This document shows, piece by piece, positions 12,312-25,205 of a stretch of DNA of 64,000 nt. The stretch is from Felis catus (lineage: Eukaryota): NCBI RefSeq assembly GCF_018350175.1, contig NC_058382.1, positions 49,726,001 to 49,790,000 on the forward strand. The letters run 5' to 3'. Below the pieces are notes generated by a model that worked only from the letters and a program-made list of their open reading frames with translations, did no database searches and had not been told where the DNA came from. A program made the position numbers and the translations under genes. Position 1 is the first letter of the stretch; each line of letters opens with the position of its first letter.

Positions 12312-12527
12312 TTTTTTTAAAAAAATATGTATGTTTTTAAATATTTATTTATTTTTGAGAGAGAGAGCGGGGGAGAGGAAGAGGAGAGGGAGACGTAGAA
12401 TCTGAAGCCGGCTCCAGGCTCTGAGCTGTCAGCACAGAACCCAACGTGGGGCTCAAACTCACGAACCATGAGATCATGACCTGAGCCGAATAGAGTCGCT
12501 TAACTGACTGAGCCACCCAAGTGCCCC
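12312..12527 (-). mobile_element. Can-SINE
   Basis: Reverse SINE structure. Confidence 0.92.
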
Positions 12528-12534
12528 ATATGGG

Positions 12535-12912
12535 TTTTTAAAAAACAAAATTCAATCAAGTAAATTTTATACATCTGCTGGCTTTATTAATCAATTTATG
12601 AATCGGGTGGCATCCTTTCTCGCAAGCAGAGGGGAGCTCCTAGAAGTTCTACAAAATGGGAGATATAAGAGGAGGCGGGGCTGGCAAAAGAAAAGGACCG
12701 TGTAAGTCCAGATGAGCACCCCTGAGGTCTTCTGCACATTACCTCATCTTCCTCGGAGGGACAGAGAGTGTATGGGACAGACCACTTCACAGGTGCCAAC
12801 CAGAGAAGTCCAGATTGACTGTCCTAAGTTCCACTCCTAGAGAGGCTGACTGACTCCGCAATTAATTCTGCAGGTGACTGACTACCTTGGGCCTGTAGTT
12901 TTCTTTTTGACA
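12535..12912 (-). mobile_element. ERV LTR remnant
   Basis: 'tttttgaca' gives a TGTCA start on minus; minus-strand AATAAA near 12585; resembles carnivore ERV1 LTRs. Confidence 0.6.
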
Positions 12913-13885
12913 GTGTGAGACGTGAGTCTTCTCACACTGATAAATTCACAGTGACACTCTGGCAAAGCCTTCCATGCTAAGGTTTCTTGCTTGTCTTCCA
13001 CTTGGGAAATTTTCTCTGTGATTTCTTTGGGCGTGTTCCCCCACCATCTTCTCTCTTCTTTTCCCAGAACTCCCTGGATAAACTCTGGGACTTCAGAAAT
13101 GACCCGTTATCGCATTCACCCTTTCTGTCACTCTCTTTTTATTATTTTGTACTCCAGGAGAATTCTTTGGCCCTTTCCTCTTGTTTGTGAATTCCCTTTA
13201 GTTGTATCCATTATGCTATGCAGCCCCTTTAACGAGGCTCTAGCTAAACAACCATGTTTTATTTCTAAGATCCAGGAAACAAAATTCATTCTTTCCTGTA
13301 ATAGCTTTCTCTTGTTTCATGAATGCAGTATATTATCTTTTTATCCCTTTCAGGGTACAAACACGCTTTCCTTAAAGTCTCCTTCTTTATGTTCTATTTA
13401 CTTGTACCCTCCACAATTAGTTTTTCAATTTCTTGAGTTTAGAACTTCTCTTTTGTGACTGTTGATTTTTCTCTGACGTTTGGTGACTCTGAGTTATGTG
13501 CTTGCTCTTCGCTGTTTCAGATCCCCAGAGTGTAAATCTAGGTGCCACACCCCGTAACCAGTCATCACAGGGAGGGGCAGGACACACAGGGCTTTCAGAC
13601 TCTGAATTCTACTTTAATATGATCCCATTGCCTTCTGTCCTTCAGAAATTCCTCAATTCTAGACTACTCAGGACATTATTTTTTTCAGTACTGTTAAAGA
13701 TATACCTTTCTAAAATATTTAGGGGGTTTGGGGCCTGTAAGTCCTGGCATGTGTTCAATTTACTGTCTTAAGCCACTTGAGCAGTAGCCATTTAGCACTG
13801 ACCAGGGACAGAGTGTTCTACATCTGAACCACTAATACCAAGCACCTGATAGATACATCCCTTACGATAGAATCCAAGATTCCTA

Positions 13886-14112
13886 GGGGCACGTGGGTGG
13901 CTCAGTCAATTGAGCATCCAACTCTTGGTTTTAGCTCAGGTCATGATCTCACAGTCATGATATTGAGCCCCGCATTGGGCATCGGGCTCTGTGCGAAGCA
14001 TGGAGCCTGCTTGAGATTCTCTTTCTCCTTCTCTCTCTCTGCTCCTCCTCTGCTTTTGCTTCTTCTCTCTCTCAAAATAAACATTGAAAAAAAACAAAAA
14101 AGCAACAAAAAA
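13886..14112 (+). mobile_element. Can-SINE
   Basis: Head, CT tract, tail; imperfect TSD ccaa(g/c)attcc. Confidence 0.92.
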
Positions 14113-14196
14113 ACCAACATTCCTTCCAAGTCTCCAAATGAGCCTATGTAGGAGGTATCTTTAATATGATGGATCGGTTTTCTTTTTTTTGCTTAC

Positions 14197-14268
14197 CAAA
14201 CAAAGCCTGGTTACTTTCTATGATTTTCCAAGTATTGGTTTTGAGATGCCTCAATAGGACAAACTCTT
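14197..14268 (-). CDS. Candidate 72-nt internal exon, product unknown
   Basis: Minus strand: ttaac branch-like motif, 'cttactatttcactctccag|' acceptor, 'TTG|gtaagc' donor; open only in phase 1 (EFVLLRHLKTNTWKIIESNQALF); protein not recognised. Confidence 0.25.
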
Positions 14269-14663
14269 CTGGAGAGTGAAATAGTAAGTACAAGTTAATA
14301 AACATTTTGTTTTTTTCCTTTAAAACAAACAAACATTTTCTAAACCAAATGTAACACCAGCCTTATAAGTATGGCTGTCATGAACCATGTCACCAGTATC
14401 TAAATAACTGATAAAATCACATTTCCAGAATGGCGAAGCTGAGAAAGGACCCTGGGACAGAGGTATCCACAATAACCCTGGGGGCCCCTCTGAACCATGG
14501 AACATCACCAACAATCAGTCACTAAAAGAAAAAATAAGTCAGGAAAAGAAATAATTTCTATTTCTCCAAGATAAACCAATTTAAAGGAGACTGTTCTTTC
14601 TCTAGTAAACTGAAGAGAGGATATACCTCCTTTAATACATGCTAGGTTACTAATGTTACTTAC

Positions 14664-14858
14664 AGGGGCACCCAAGTGGCTCTGCCAGTTAAGTGTCCGA
14701 ATCTTGATTTCAGCTCAGGTTATGATCTAACCATTTGTGGGTTCGAGCTCCATGTCAGGCTCTATACCACACAAAGCCTGCTTGGGATTCTCTCTCTGCC
14801 CCTCCCCTGCTTATGCTCTATTTCTCTCTCTCAAAATAAATGAACTTAAAAAAAAATA
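14664..14858 (+). mobile_element. Can-SINE
   Basis: Head, CT tract and A tail. Confidence 0.9.
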
Positions 14859-17110
14859 CCGTCACTTACAGAAGTTAAAATTTCTTCTTGCACTGAAATG
14901 TTCACATAAAACTCAAATACCTATGTTGCTCAACTTAAAGCTGTTTCTTGTCAGAGTAATGGGTGGGGAAATTCTTCAATAAAATGTGATTGCCTTGGGG
15001 TAAAAAGCAACATGACAAATAGAAGATCAGGTTTATTAAAGTTCTGCAGTAAAAAGAAGATGTTTTTTAAATGAAATTTCTTCTGTAAGTGAAGTTGATG
15101 CTGAAATAAAGAAATTAGAAGTAGAAGCCAATTAGCAGGCTCTCCACTTCTCTGCCACACGGGTTCTTTTCTTTCCGCCTGTTTCTCATTTGCTAAGTAA
15201 GAAAGAGTTAACTCATAAATTAGAGGAATGTTGTTTCAGCTCCACACAAAGCTTTTAAGAATAGGGTCAACGCAAGTACTAGATTCTTCACTAACTCATT
15301 AACAAGACAGGTCACGATGGCCTCAGGGTTCGTTTATCAGCAGGAAAACCTCAGCTGGTAATGACCGGTTGTTTCCTGCACATCTCAAAATTCAGAATGG
15401 AGAAGCAGACTCCATTGTGAGTCTGCTTCCTGGCTTGGAAGGAAAGAAAATATTTTCATGATGACTGTTTTTTTCTCAGGCTGGTGTTACACTTGGCCCA
15501 AAGGCCCAATGGGCAGACGTGGGGCTTCTACTCCCAGACTTTCTAATGCTTTTTGTTCCCAGTTAATTATGTTCTAATGATGTTATGTGTAACCTCATTG
15601 GGTTTTACTGACAAGGCACTGCTTTTTAAGTGAATTTTTACGTAAATGTTAATAGCTGTAAATTAGGCAAGTTTTAGCAGTAATTGCCTGCCCATCCACC
15701 TTCACCGTGTGCTAGCAGCTACAATTCTCCTTGACGGCTCCTGTTCTTGACTGTGACCTACTGTTCATAGTCCAAAACAGAGTGAAAGCTACTAATAACC
15801 CTATGGAAACCCAACTGGTTTTGGTATAATGTTCAGAAAGGCCTTCCTCTGTAGTGTTGAGCCTGGCATCTACCTTGAGGGGGAAACCATGAAAGATCGA
15901 GCAATCCTCGCACTGTCAAAAGGCTGGCAATTTCTCTCCAAAATAAGCGATTGGTTGGAGTAACACAGAGCTTAAAGCAAAACTCCAAAGTAAAAGCTCC
16001 CAGTGGGGAAATTATAAGCAGAGCTCCTGTGTATCTGGCACTGCTTTGGCAATTAAGCCCTGGAAAGGCTTCTATGGCCTTGCTGCAAATAGCAGGTTTC
16101 AGCAGGGTATGAGGAACAAAAGACCTGACTTCCCACCCTCCCCGAGCAGCCCTGAACCAGCAGTGCTGACGCGGCTTCCAGCGCGCCAAGAGAAGGAAAG
16201 GCAGCCACAGCATTTCTGAGGGGGGAGAGAGGTTGTGTTCCCTTTCCACTCCCTGCTTTTGCGACCATTTCCAAGACTCCCTTTCTGTGCTCAGTGTATT
16301 GCTCTTCCCAAGCCGCCAGCTGAGGAGGCAGTGCGCGCAAGTGAGAAGACCCGGATGCGGGCATCGAGACGCCTGCTCTGGTCCTTAGCCTCTCTGTGCT
16401 CTCCCGGGGTCTGTTTCACTTCCAAAACTCTAGTGGCATTTTCCCGATTCCCGATACTTGCACAGTACGTGTCTTCCAAGCTCACCACTTCAAATATGCA
16501 CCTCAGGTGCCTGGATACACGGGCCTCACCAAGGATGTTCCCAGCTTCTAGCCTGCTGCCGTGTCCAGCTCGTGGAGCCGGCCATGCTAGGGGCTTTATA
16601 ATCCTCTGTGGACATCAGAGTTTACTTTTTACCGGAAGATGCGGAGATCAGTGGTACTTTCTAATTATTACTGTTGGGGCAAAATCTCAGATTTATTATT
16701 TTGAAAACTACTACTCACAAATCCATGGTGACACCTGGTATTTCCACTGGTACCCCTCCCCACTCTCCAGGAAGAAAAAGTCACTAGGACAACAGGCACT
16801 TCCGTGCACAAAACTCTGCTGCCTCTGCCTCACAAGAGCTTTGGCAAAAGAAGAGTCTCTTCTTTACCAGCTGACTCATTAACAGAAAGACCATAAAAAT
16901 GTGTTTAATTAGAGTAAGAGGGGCAGGTAGTAAGGGGGTCACACTGCTCATCACTTCCCATCCCCAGTGGTTGCCAAGGCCAAATCCAATTACAGTTCTG
17001 ACCAACTCTTATATATCAGCATCCCCGCTGTCTATATGCAGACAAGAGCAGAAAGGAATCTTTTCTCTAGGCTCTTACTTGGGAGAAAAGAAAAAGCATT
17101 GGAAAAAAAA

Positions 17111-17325
17111 TTTTTAACGTTTATTTCGGAGAGAGTGTGCACGCACGCACAAGAGCACACACACACAGGAGTGAGAGGGAGAGGGGCAGAGAGAGAGACA
17201 AAAGATCCTAAGTGGGCTCTGTGCTGACAGCAGAGAGCCTGATGCGAGGCTGGAACCCACGAACCATGAAATCATGACATGAGCCAAAGTCGGACACTCA
17301 ACCGACTGAGCCACCCAGGCTCCCC
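17111..17325 (-). mobile_element. Can-SINE
   Basis: Reverse SINE. Confidence 0.92.
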
Positions 17326-17349
17326 AAGTAAAGAACATTTTTTTAAAAC

Positions 17350-17571
17350 ATTTTTTTTTTACTTAAAAAAAAAAACGTTTATTTTTGAGACAGAGAGAGG
17401 CAGAGAGCGAGCAGGATAGGGCAGAGAGAGAAACACGGAAATGGACGCAGGTTCCAGGCTCTGAGCTGTCAACGCAGAGCCTGGTGCAGAGCTGGAACTC
17501 CTGAGCCGTGAGATCATGCATGACCTGAGCAGAAGTCAGACACTTAACCAACTGAGCCACCCAGGCTCCCC
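17350..17571 (-). mobile_element. Can-SINE
   Basis: Reverse SINE adjacent to the previous copy. Confidence 0.92.
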
Positions 17572-17657
17572 AAGAAAAAAAGCATTTTGAGTTTAGGTGG
17601 CTGGGTTAAGAGTCAGCAACCCTCATCTTCATCTTGCCTTTTTGAGAAACTTTAGGT

Positions 17658-17880
17658 CAGGAATTCTCAATCTTGGGTGACTGTATCCCCAGGAACATCT
17701 GGCAACATCCGGAGACATTTTTGGTAGTCCCAACTTGGAGAAGAAGAAAGAGGTATGACGGGCACCCAGTAGGTAGAAGCTAGAGATAACGCTAAACACC
17801 CTGTAATGCACCAGACAGCTCTCGACCAGAACGAACTATCCAGCCCAGATGGCAGGGGTGCAGAGGTTGAGAAGCTCCGC
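17658..17880 (+). mobile_element. MER20-like hAT-Charlie element
   Basis: 'ttctcaa...tggcaacatccggagacatttttggt...gaggttgagaa'. Confidence 0.8.
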
Positions 17881-19129
17881 CCTAGGTGAAATGGCACATC
17901 CTCTATAAATGGTAGCACTCTGCAGAGCTGCTAAAATGAGCACAGCAGTCTCTCTGATAGAGCACTCTGAGCTCCTTGGAGGAAATCCAGATTTAAGATC
18001 TATGAGCTTCAACTTTTCGTTGTTCCTGGGCAAATGGGAGACTAGCCTGGTTCTTGGGAAAATGGAAAAAAAAATCTCTAGACTGAACATAAAGATTCTA
18101 CTGCATGACATTAAACATTTCTAAATACCATCAGCAAAACCCCTTTTACATTTTAGCTGGTTAGAGAACAAAATGCTAGACAGCCAGTTTTCTCTGCACG
18201 CACATGTTCTTCTCCCTGGTTTAATGGCAGTTCCTTTGTTGAGGAATCTACCTCTGAGCAGCCCTCAAGTGGCCTGGGAAAAGCCTGGCTATAATTCCCT
18301 CACGGTAATGTATTGACTCCATTTTTCTCCAGCAAAAAAGGTGTCAGTCCACATCACGTAGATGAGAAACAAGTGCTAATGGAACTGTTCCAAGATGGAA
18401 GGGAATTTGACAGAAAATATATGTCCATGACAAAACAGTTGGGGAAATTCCCACAGTCTGAAGGGGAGCATGAGGCCCTACAGCACATGACGGAAGCCTG
18501 GGAGGGATTTCATGACCTCATTACTAGCTCAGTTATTTTAAAAGTTTCTAAATAGAAACCAAGCACTAACCTTTGGAACAGCCTTGGCTGGTAGGACTCT
18601 TAAAGGTGGCCTGATGAGCTAAAAATGATCAATCTCTTAATACTGAGTAACACTACTGTTTCCTGCCATACCACTGTAAATCAGTCAATCAATGTAAGAT
18701 CAGCTCATGCAAGTTTGATTTCCTCAGGAAGTAAAGAAAAGGGAATAGAGAAAAGTGAATGATTGGAGAGCTAAGTAGACTGGGTAATGAATATGCAACA
18801 TTTCATGCAGAATTTTTTAAAGGAATTTGTTTAATTAGGAGGACATTTCAAGAATCTCTAATAAGAAACAGTTTCCTCCTTATCGCCAAATTAAAAAAGC
18901 ACGAATGACTTTAGAGCTTTTATTTGGTGCAATTATGGTAGGAAAATGGGCTTTAATAAACCACAGTTGCTTAAAACCCTATAGATCAATTGCTTGGCTG
19001 TTGGATGAAACTAACCAGCCTCTAGCAGTAGTGCACAAATTTGGAAGCCAATGAAAGCTTGCCCTGTCGGCAGATAGAAGGCTTTGGGGGCCTATACATA
19101 TTTTTTTCATTGCTAGCCACAAACACAAA

Positions 19130-19235
19130 AACCAATCAAAATGATGATTGCACAACAATATGAATGTACTAAATACCAATGAATTGTATGCTTTAAACTA
19201 ACTTCATGTTATGTGAATTTCACCTCAGTAAGAAA
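19130..19235 (+). mobile_element. L1M 3' terminal fragment
   Basis: 'gattgcacaacaatatgaatgtactaaataccaatgaattgta...atgtgaatttcacctca'. Confidence 0.75.
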
Positions 19236-19683
19236 ACAAAGGAATCAGGAGTTAAATCCGTTTAATTGCTTTAGAAAACAAAATCACAAGAAGTAGGTCT
19301 GTTAGAAAAATGTCTATATGATAATGGTACAGTTCATGACCAAACAATCCTATTATAGTAGCTCATGTTCAGATGTTTTAGAGTAGTGTGTTCACATGAG
19401 AAGCAGAAAAAAAAAAGAAAAAAAAGGAAAAAGGAAAAAAAGGAAAGCTGAATGAAAAACTACTCAAAATAAACTTTTAGAATGAGAATAATACCTTTAA
19501 GAAAAGCCCAGAAGCAATACCTTCTTGGTAAAAGGTCCCTAAAACCTGTGAGAGAATTTGGTAACAGATTAAGATCGTTTGTTTTCCTATGGTGCTTGGT
19601 TTGAGGTAGACCAAATGTGGAAGCTGGACCATAAGGAATGTAACTGAGTGCATCTTAAGAGCTTGAGAAATGCTGATCTTTCT

Positions 19684-19725
19684 TTTTTTTTCTTTTTTAA
19701 ATAAAAAAAAAAAATTTTTTTTTTT

Positions 19726-19772
<47 letters not shown>

Positions 19773-19944
19773 CAGAGCACCAGCAGGGGAGGGGCAAAGA
19801 GAGAGGGAGACACAGAATCTGAAGCAGGCTCTAGGTTCTGAGCTATCAGCACAGAGACCCAACACGGGGCTCAAACTCATGAACCATGATTTCATGACCT
19901 GAGCTGAAGCTGGACACATAACCAACTGAACCACCCAGGCACCC
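19684..19944 (-). mobile_element. Can-SINE inserted in the tail of the next SINE
   Basis: Reverse SINE with long (GA)n. Confidence 0.92.
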
Positions 19945-20141
19945 TTCTTTTTTCTTTACTGTTTATTTATCTGTGAGAGAGTGCACGAGTGGCGGAGGGG
20001 CAGAGAGCGAGGGGACGGAGGATCAAAAGTGGGCTCTGTGCTGACAGCGGCGAGGCAGATGTGGGGCTGAAATTCACGAACTGTGAGATCATGACCTGAG
20101 CCCAAGTCGGACGCTCAACTGACTGAGCCACCCAGGCGCTC
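19945..20141 (-). mobile_element. Can-SINE
   Basis: TSD gaaatg(c/t)tgatctttct encloses both SINEs. Confidence 0.92.
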
Positions 20142-21069
20142 TGAAATGTTGATCTTTCTAAGACACGTTATTTGGTCCTAAGTTGGTCCCAAGGCCTGGT
20201 CTTGGGGCAGTGACTGTACTGAGGCTACAACAGGGAATAACTAAGGTCTTTAGATGAGGTCTGGAAGCTTCCAGGTTTCTAACCAAGAAGAAATCTGCAT
20301 ATCCATTAACAGAAAATAACAGAACTGGATGGCAGTGTGAGCAGAATGAAGTGATGGCTCAAATGTGAATGTGCAGGGTTCCAGTACATCCCCCATGAGG
20401 ACTCATCTTGCCTACACCCCGTGGGACACACATCCTGCTTACCGTCTAGTGTGAATAAGGGAAAAGAGATTATGTCCTGGATCCTGACATAAAAGCTCCT
20501 GGTGAGATGTAAATGAAATAACCATGCTAATTTGCTAAAGTTCTCTGGGAGTAGCTGCTCTATTGCATACAGTACCAGGAGGACAGGTAGAGTCAAAGAA
20601 GCAAGAATAAACTACCACATTCCTAGATATTCTACACCAGGCATACTTTGATTTTCCAAGATAGCTCTAAAAACTACTACTAAAAAAAAAAAAAAGTCGA
20701 CACTCCCTGCAAAAAAGTTGAGTATGCCATCCAAACTCTGGAAATAAACGTGCTCCATTCCTCTCCTCTGAGGTACTATCTTGCTGCCTAATAAAGATGC
20801 GGAAATCCAGTCAGTCATCAGGACTTTCCCAACCCCGTCCCTGAAAAGTGACTTCGCTCCTTTGGGAAAATGTGGACGGTCTCCTCTAACCTCCCTACAT
20901 AACAGCAAGTAACTGATGCCACAACACACACACTCTGGGAGCTCAAACTCAGTAGCTAGTGTCAATATTCCTTTACTAATATCAAGAAAACACTGACCTA
21001 AAGTACCCTGAAAAGAACTGAAAATAAAAGCAATAAAAAAATTCAGTTTAAAGGGAAAAATAAAAACTT

Positions 21070-21850
21070 TACGGTGGAGAAACCTGGTAGGCTCCAGCTT
21101 AAACAAATGATCAAGGTTAACATCGTCACTAATACTGTCAATGTCATGCGCAATACAAACACATCACCTCTCTGGCAGTCTTTACAAACATCCAAAACCA
21201 GTCTCATCATGAGATATCATGAAGCAAACTCAAATGGAGGGACATTTACAAAACACCTGACCAATATTCATCACAAGTGTCAGTCAGGAGAAATCAAGAC
21301 TGAGAAACTGTCACAGACTAGACGGGACTATGGAGACATGACAACTAACTGCAAGGTAGAATCCTAGTTTGGACCTTGAACACAAAAGGACACTAGTAGG
21401 GGCGCCTGGGTGGCTCAGTCAGTTAAGCGTCTGACTTCAACTCAGGTCACGATCTCGTGGTCCGTGAGTTCGAGCCCCGCGTCGGGCTCTGGGCTGATGG
21501 CTCGGAGCCTGGAGCCTGCTTTGAATTCTGTGTCTCCCTCTCTCTCTGCCCCTCCCCCATTCATGCTCTGTCTCTCTCTGTCTCAAAAATAAATAAACGT
21601 TAAAAAAAAAAATTTAAAAAAAAAGGACACTAGTAAGAAAACTGGTGAAATCTAAAGTCTGCGATTTAGTTAATAAAACTGCACCAATGTTAATGTTTTA
21701 GCCTTATAAATGTATTAGGTTATGTAAGACATTTTAACACTAGAGAAAAGTGGATGAAGGGCTCATGGGAATTCCCTATACTGTCTTTACAACTCTTTGG
21801 TAAATCCAAAATTATCTCAAAATAAATTTTAAAATAACAACAAAAATAAA
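21070..21850 (+). mobile_element. L1MC-type 3' region, SINE-interrupted
   Basis: 'ggagacatgacaactaactgcaa', 'tgcaccaatgttaat', 'taaatccaaaattatctcaaaataaa'. Confidence 0.8.
21399..21620 (+). mobile_element. Feline Can-SINE
   Basis: Perfect 15-bp TSD aaaaggacactagta. Confidence 0.96.
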
Positions 21851-22659
21851 TAAATTTAAGCCCAAAGCCTATAAAATTTCTTGATTTCTGCATTGAAAGT
21901 CATTGACTGTCTTGTTTTGAATGGGAAAGAAATGCTGATTTAACATGAAAAACTGGGGTAAACTACAAGCTGTTTTTTTCGTTTTGATTTGCCTTAAACC
22001 AAACTAATGAGGTAGTAATTTATTGCCAACTCTTTCTAAGGATTGAGACATATACATCATAAAATGCATTCTATTTTAACTGCCTATTTCAGTGATTATT
22101 AGTATAGACACAAAGTTGTATAAACACCACTACCACTGAATTCTAGAACATTTCCATTGGCCCTCCCCTTTGCCAAAAACAAACAAACAAACAAACAAAC
22201 AAAACACCCTGTACTGATTAGCAGCCTCCATTCCTTACCCTCTCCAGCCCCTGACAACTATTAATCTGCGTTCTCTGTAAAGATGTGCTTATCCTGGATA
22301 CTCCATATAAATGGAATCATAAACTATGTGGCCCTATGGCTTCTTCTTTCACTTAGGATAAGGTTCCCAAGGTTTATCTATATGTTATAGCACGAAATCA
22401 CTCATTTTTGTGGCCAATAATATTCCATCACATGAATTTTATTTATCCATTCACAATTTATTTATCCATTCACCAGCTGATAGACATGTGGATTGTTTCC
22501 ACCCTTTGGCTATTATGAACAATGCTGCTATGAACACTGTGTGGACAAGAGATATCCACTTGTCCCAGTACTGTTTGTTGAAACGACCACGCTATACCAT
22601 CCACATTAAATTGTCTTGGCATCAAGATAAAAAATTAACTGACCATAAATGAGGGTCTA

Positions 22660-23053
22660 CAGTAGTCCCCTCTTATCCATGGGGGATGTCTGAAACCAAG
22701 GACAGTACAGATACCCTATATACGGTTTTTTGCCTATACATGTACACCTATGATAAAGTTTAATTTATAAATTAAGAGGAGATAATTACTAATAACCATT
22801 AAAGAAGTGTGGTGTCTCTCTCATTCAAAATATCTCATTGTACTGTAATCACCCTGTGCTGATGTGAGATAATAAAATGCCTATGTGAGGAGATGAAGTG
22901 AAGTGAAGGAGACAGGCACTGTGACCCAGTGCTCAGCTACCAGTGACCTTCTGACCATATGTCAGGAGGATCACCTGCTTCCAGAATGCAAATGACCACA
23001 GGTAACAAAAACCCTGGAAAGCGAAACCATGGGGTGGGGGGGAGAAACTACCG
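22660..23053. mobile_element. MER44/Tigger7-like DNA transposon
   Basis: TIR cagtagtcccctcttatcc, TA duplication; L1 sequence resumes on both sides. Confidence 0.85.
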
Positions 23054-23546
23054 TATTTCTGAACTTTTCAGTTCAAGTCCATGCTCTATAGGTCTTTGCT
23101 TACGCCGTACCATATGGTCTTCATTATCGTAGCTTTGTAGGAAGTTCTGAAGTCAGAAAATGTGAATCCTCCAACTTTGTTCTTCTTTTTTGAAACTGTT
23201 TTGGCTATTCTGGATCCCTTAAGTTTCCACATGATTTTAGAATCAGCTTATCAATTTCTACAAAGAAGCCAGCTGGGATTCTGATAGGAACTGCACTGAA
23301 TCTGTACATCAATTTTGGGAGTACTGCCATTTAGCCATATTAAATCTCCCAACCCATGAACGTAGATGCCTTTCCATTTACTTAGATCGCTCCTGTCTTT
23401 CCCAGTACTTTAGAGATTTCAGTGTACAAATCTTAAAGATTTTTTGTTAAATGTATTCCCAAGTATATTATTCTTAACGCTTTTTAAAATAGAATTGTCT
23501 TAATTGCATCTTTAGATTGTTCATTGCTAGTCTGTCAAAATATAAT

Positions 23547-24103
23547 TGACATGGAGAAGAGAGGCAAAAGAAATGCAGGAAAAATTAAATTTCCTTACAA
23601 CTTGCAGCCCATTGACAAGTACCTGAGGCATGCAGAGTGACCTTCTTCCAGGAGCTCAACTGCGTCAACCACCTCAATGTCAGTAGTACTTTGCTAGAGG
23701 TGAAAGGCAACTTCAGCTTGTCATTAATCCAACCTCCGGGATCCTGTAAGTCTTAACATTTAAACACCTTTTCTCTCCACTCACCAAAACGTGTGTTAGC
23801 AATCATCCTTCAAATGAATACCCCACTGACATACATCTGAGGGGTCTCATGAACCTTATCTTAACAGCAGCTAGCCCCTGAAGGTGCTGGAAGGCTTGCT
23901 TCCAAATTCCTTAGAGGTTTACACTACCCTTAACGCCCTCCCAACTTGAAAGTACAGAATCAGTCCCTTCTCACAATCCCAGTGCAGCTCTTTCTGCCAC
24001 GGCTTCCATCCCTGTACTTTAATAAAACCACCTTTTTTGCACCAAAAATATCTCAGGAATTATTTTTTGACAGTTCGTTCCCAGACCCCAACATTTCACA
24101 TCA
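23547..24103 (+). mobile_element. Solo ERV1-class LTR (carnivore-type)
   Basis: TG...CA termini, AATAAA at about 24021, 4-bp TSD taat. Confidence 0.87.
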
Positions 24104-24495
24104 TAATGATCTTGTATACTGCCTTGCTGAACTTGTTTATTAATTCTCATAGTTTTTTACAGGACTGCTTAGAAATTTCTATATAGAAGATGTCATCTGT
24201 GAATACAGTTTAAGTCCTCCCTTTCCACTTTGGATGCCTCTTACTTTTCTTGTGTAAGTGTTGTGACTAAAACCTCTAACACAATGCTGAATAGAAAGGC
24301 ATGAAGGGACATCTGTCTTGTTCCTATCCTGGGAAAGCATCCAGTGTTTCATGATTAAGTAAGATGTTAGCTGAGAGTTGTTTTTTCATAAATTGACCTT
24401 TATCGGCTTGAGGCAGTTCCCTTCTATTCCTAGTGTGTTGAGTCTACTTCATTCCTTTTTTTGCAATATTTTTGAATAATATTCTCCTGTATGGA

Positions 24496-25205
24496 TGTGG
24501 TATAGTGAGAAACATATTTGGTCTGTGTATTCAGTTCCTGGAACAGAGCTCTTAAAGCCCTCAGAATTTTCTGAGCATTGTTGTGTCTTTTGTTCTTCAT
24601 ACTAAGACCTCCTTTTGATCACGCTGGGAGTTTATGCTAATGATGTGACTTAAGGTAGGACCCCTAGATAGCTTCAGGACAGAGCTGGTCACCAGAAAGA
24701 CCAAATGATCACAGTGTTGAAACTTTTAGCCCCACCCACTGACCTCAGGAAACGGGAAAGGGAGCGGAGATTAAGCTCCATAAAAACTGTTAAGAGTGAG
24801 ATGTGATGAACTTCTAGATTAGTAAACACATCCAGGTGCAGCTGGGACAGCCTGAAAGCTCTGTGTGCACCCTCCCCAACACCAGGCCCTATGCAGGGCT
24901 TCCTTTTGGCTGTTCTGAAGTTGTATCCTTTAGAATACACTGGTAAACTTAAGTGTTTTCCTGACTTCTTCTGTGAGCCATTCTAGCCCATTACAAAATG
25001 TTGGAAGAGGACTATGATTGTAATTTACAGATAACTGGTCAAAAGTAGGGATTGGCATCCGAAGTGGGGAGCAGTCTTGTGGAACTAAGTCCTTATCTTG
25101 CTGGTATACACTAACTCCAAGTAGTTAGCGTCAGAACTGAATTGTTGAACACCCAGTTGATTTCTGGAGAATCAGAGAAATGGCTGGTATTGGAAAACAC
25201 TCCAG
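24496..25205 (+). mobile_element. MER21-like solo LTR
   Basis: 'tgtggtatagtgagaaacatatttggtc...gctggtcaccagaaagacca...gtcagaactgaattg'. Confidence 0.75.

Larger units (their letters stand above)
12040..13490 (-). mobile_element. Old L1M fragments interrupted by a SINE and an LTR
   Basis: T-rich antisense L1-like sequence. Confidence 0.55.

Noticed and set aside
12911..12939. 10-bp inverted repeat
   Set aside because: Sits on an LTR/L1 junction; within chance expectation.
16235..16882. 215-aa plus-strand ORF in unique DNA
   Set aside because: Non-ATG start, no recognisable domain, no convincing splice structure.
19521..19545. 25-nt minus-strand micro-exon candidate
   Set aside because: Weak donor (gtattg) and not frame-compatible with the other candidates.
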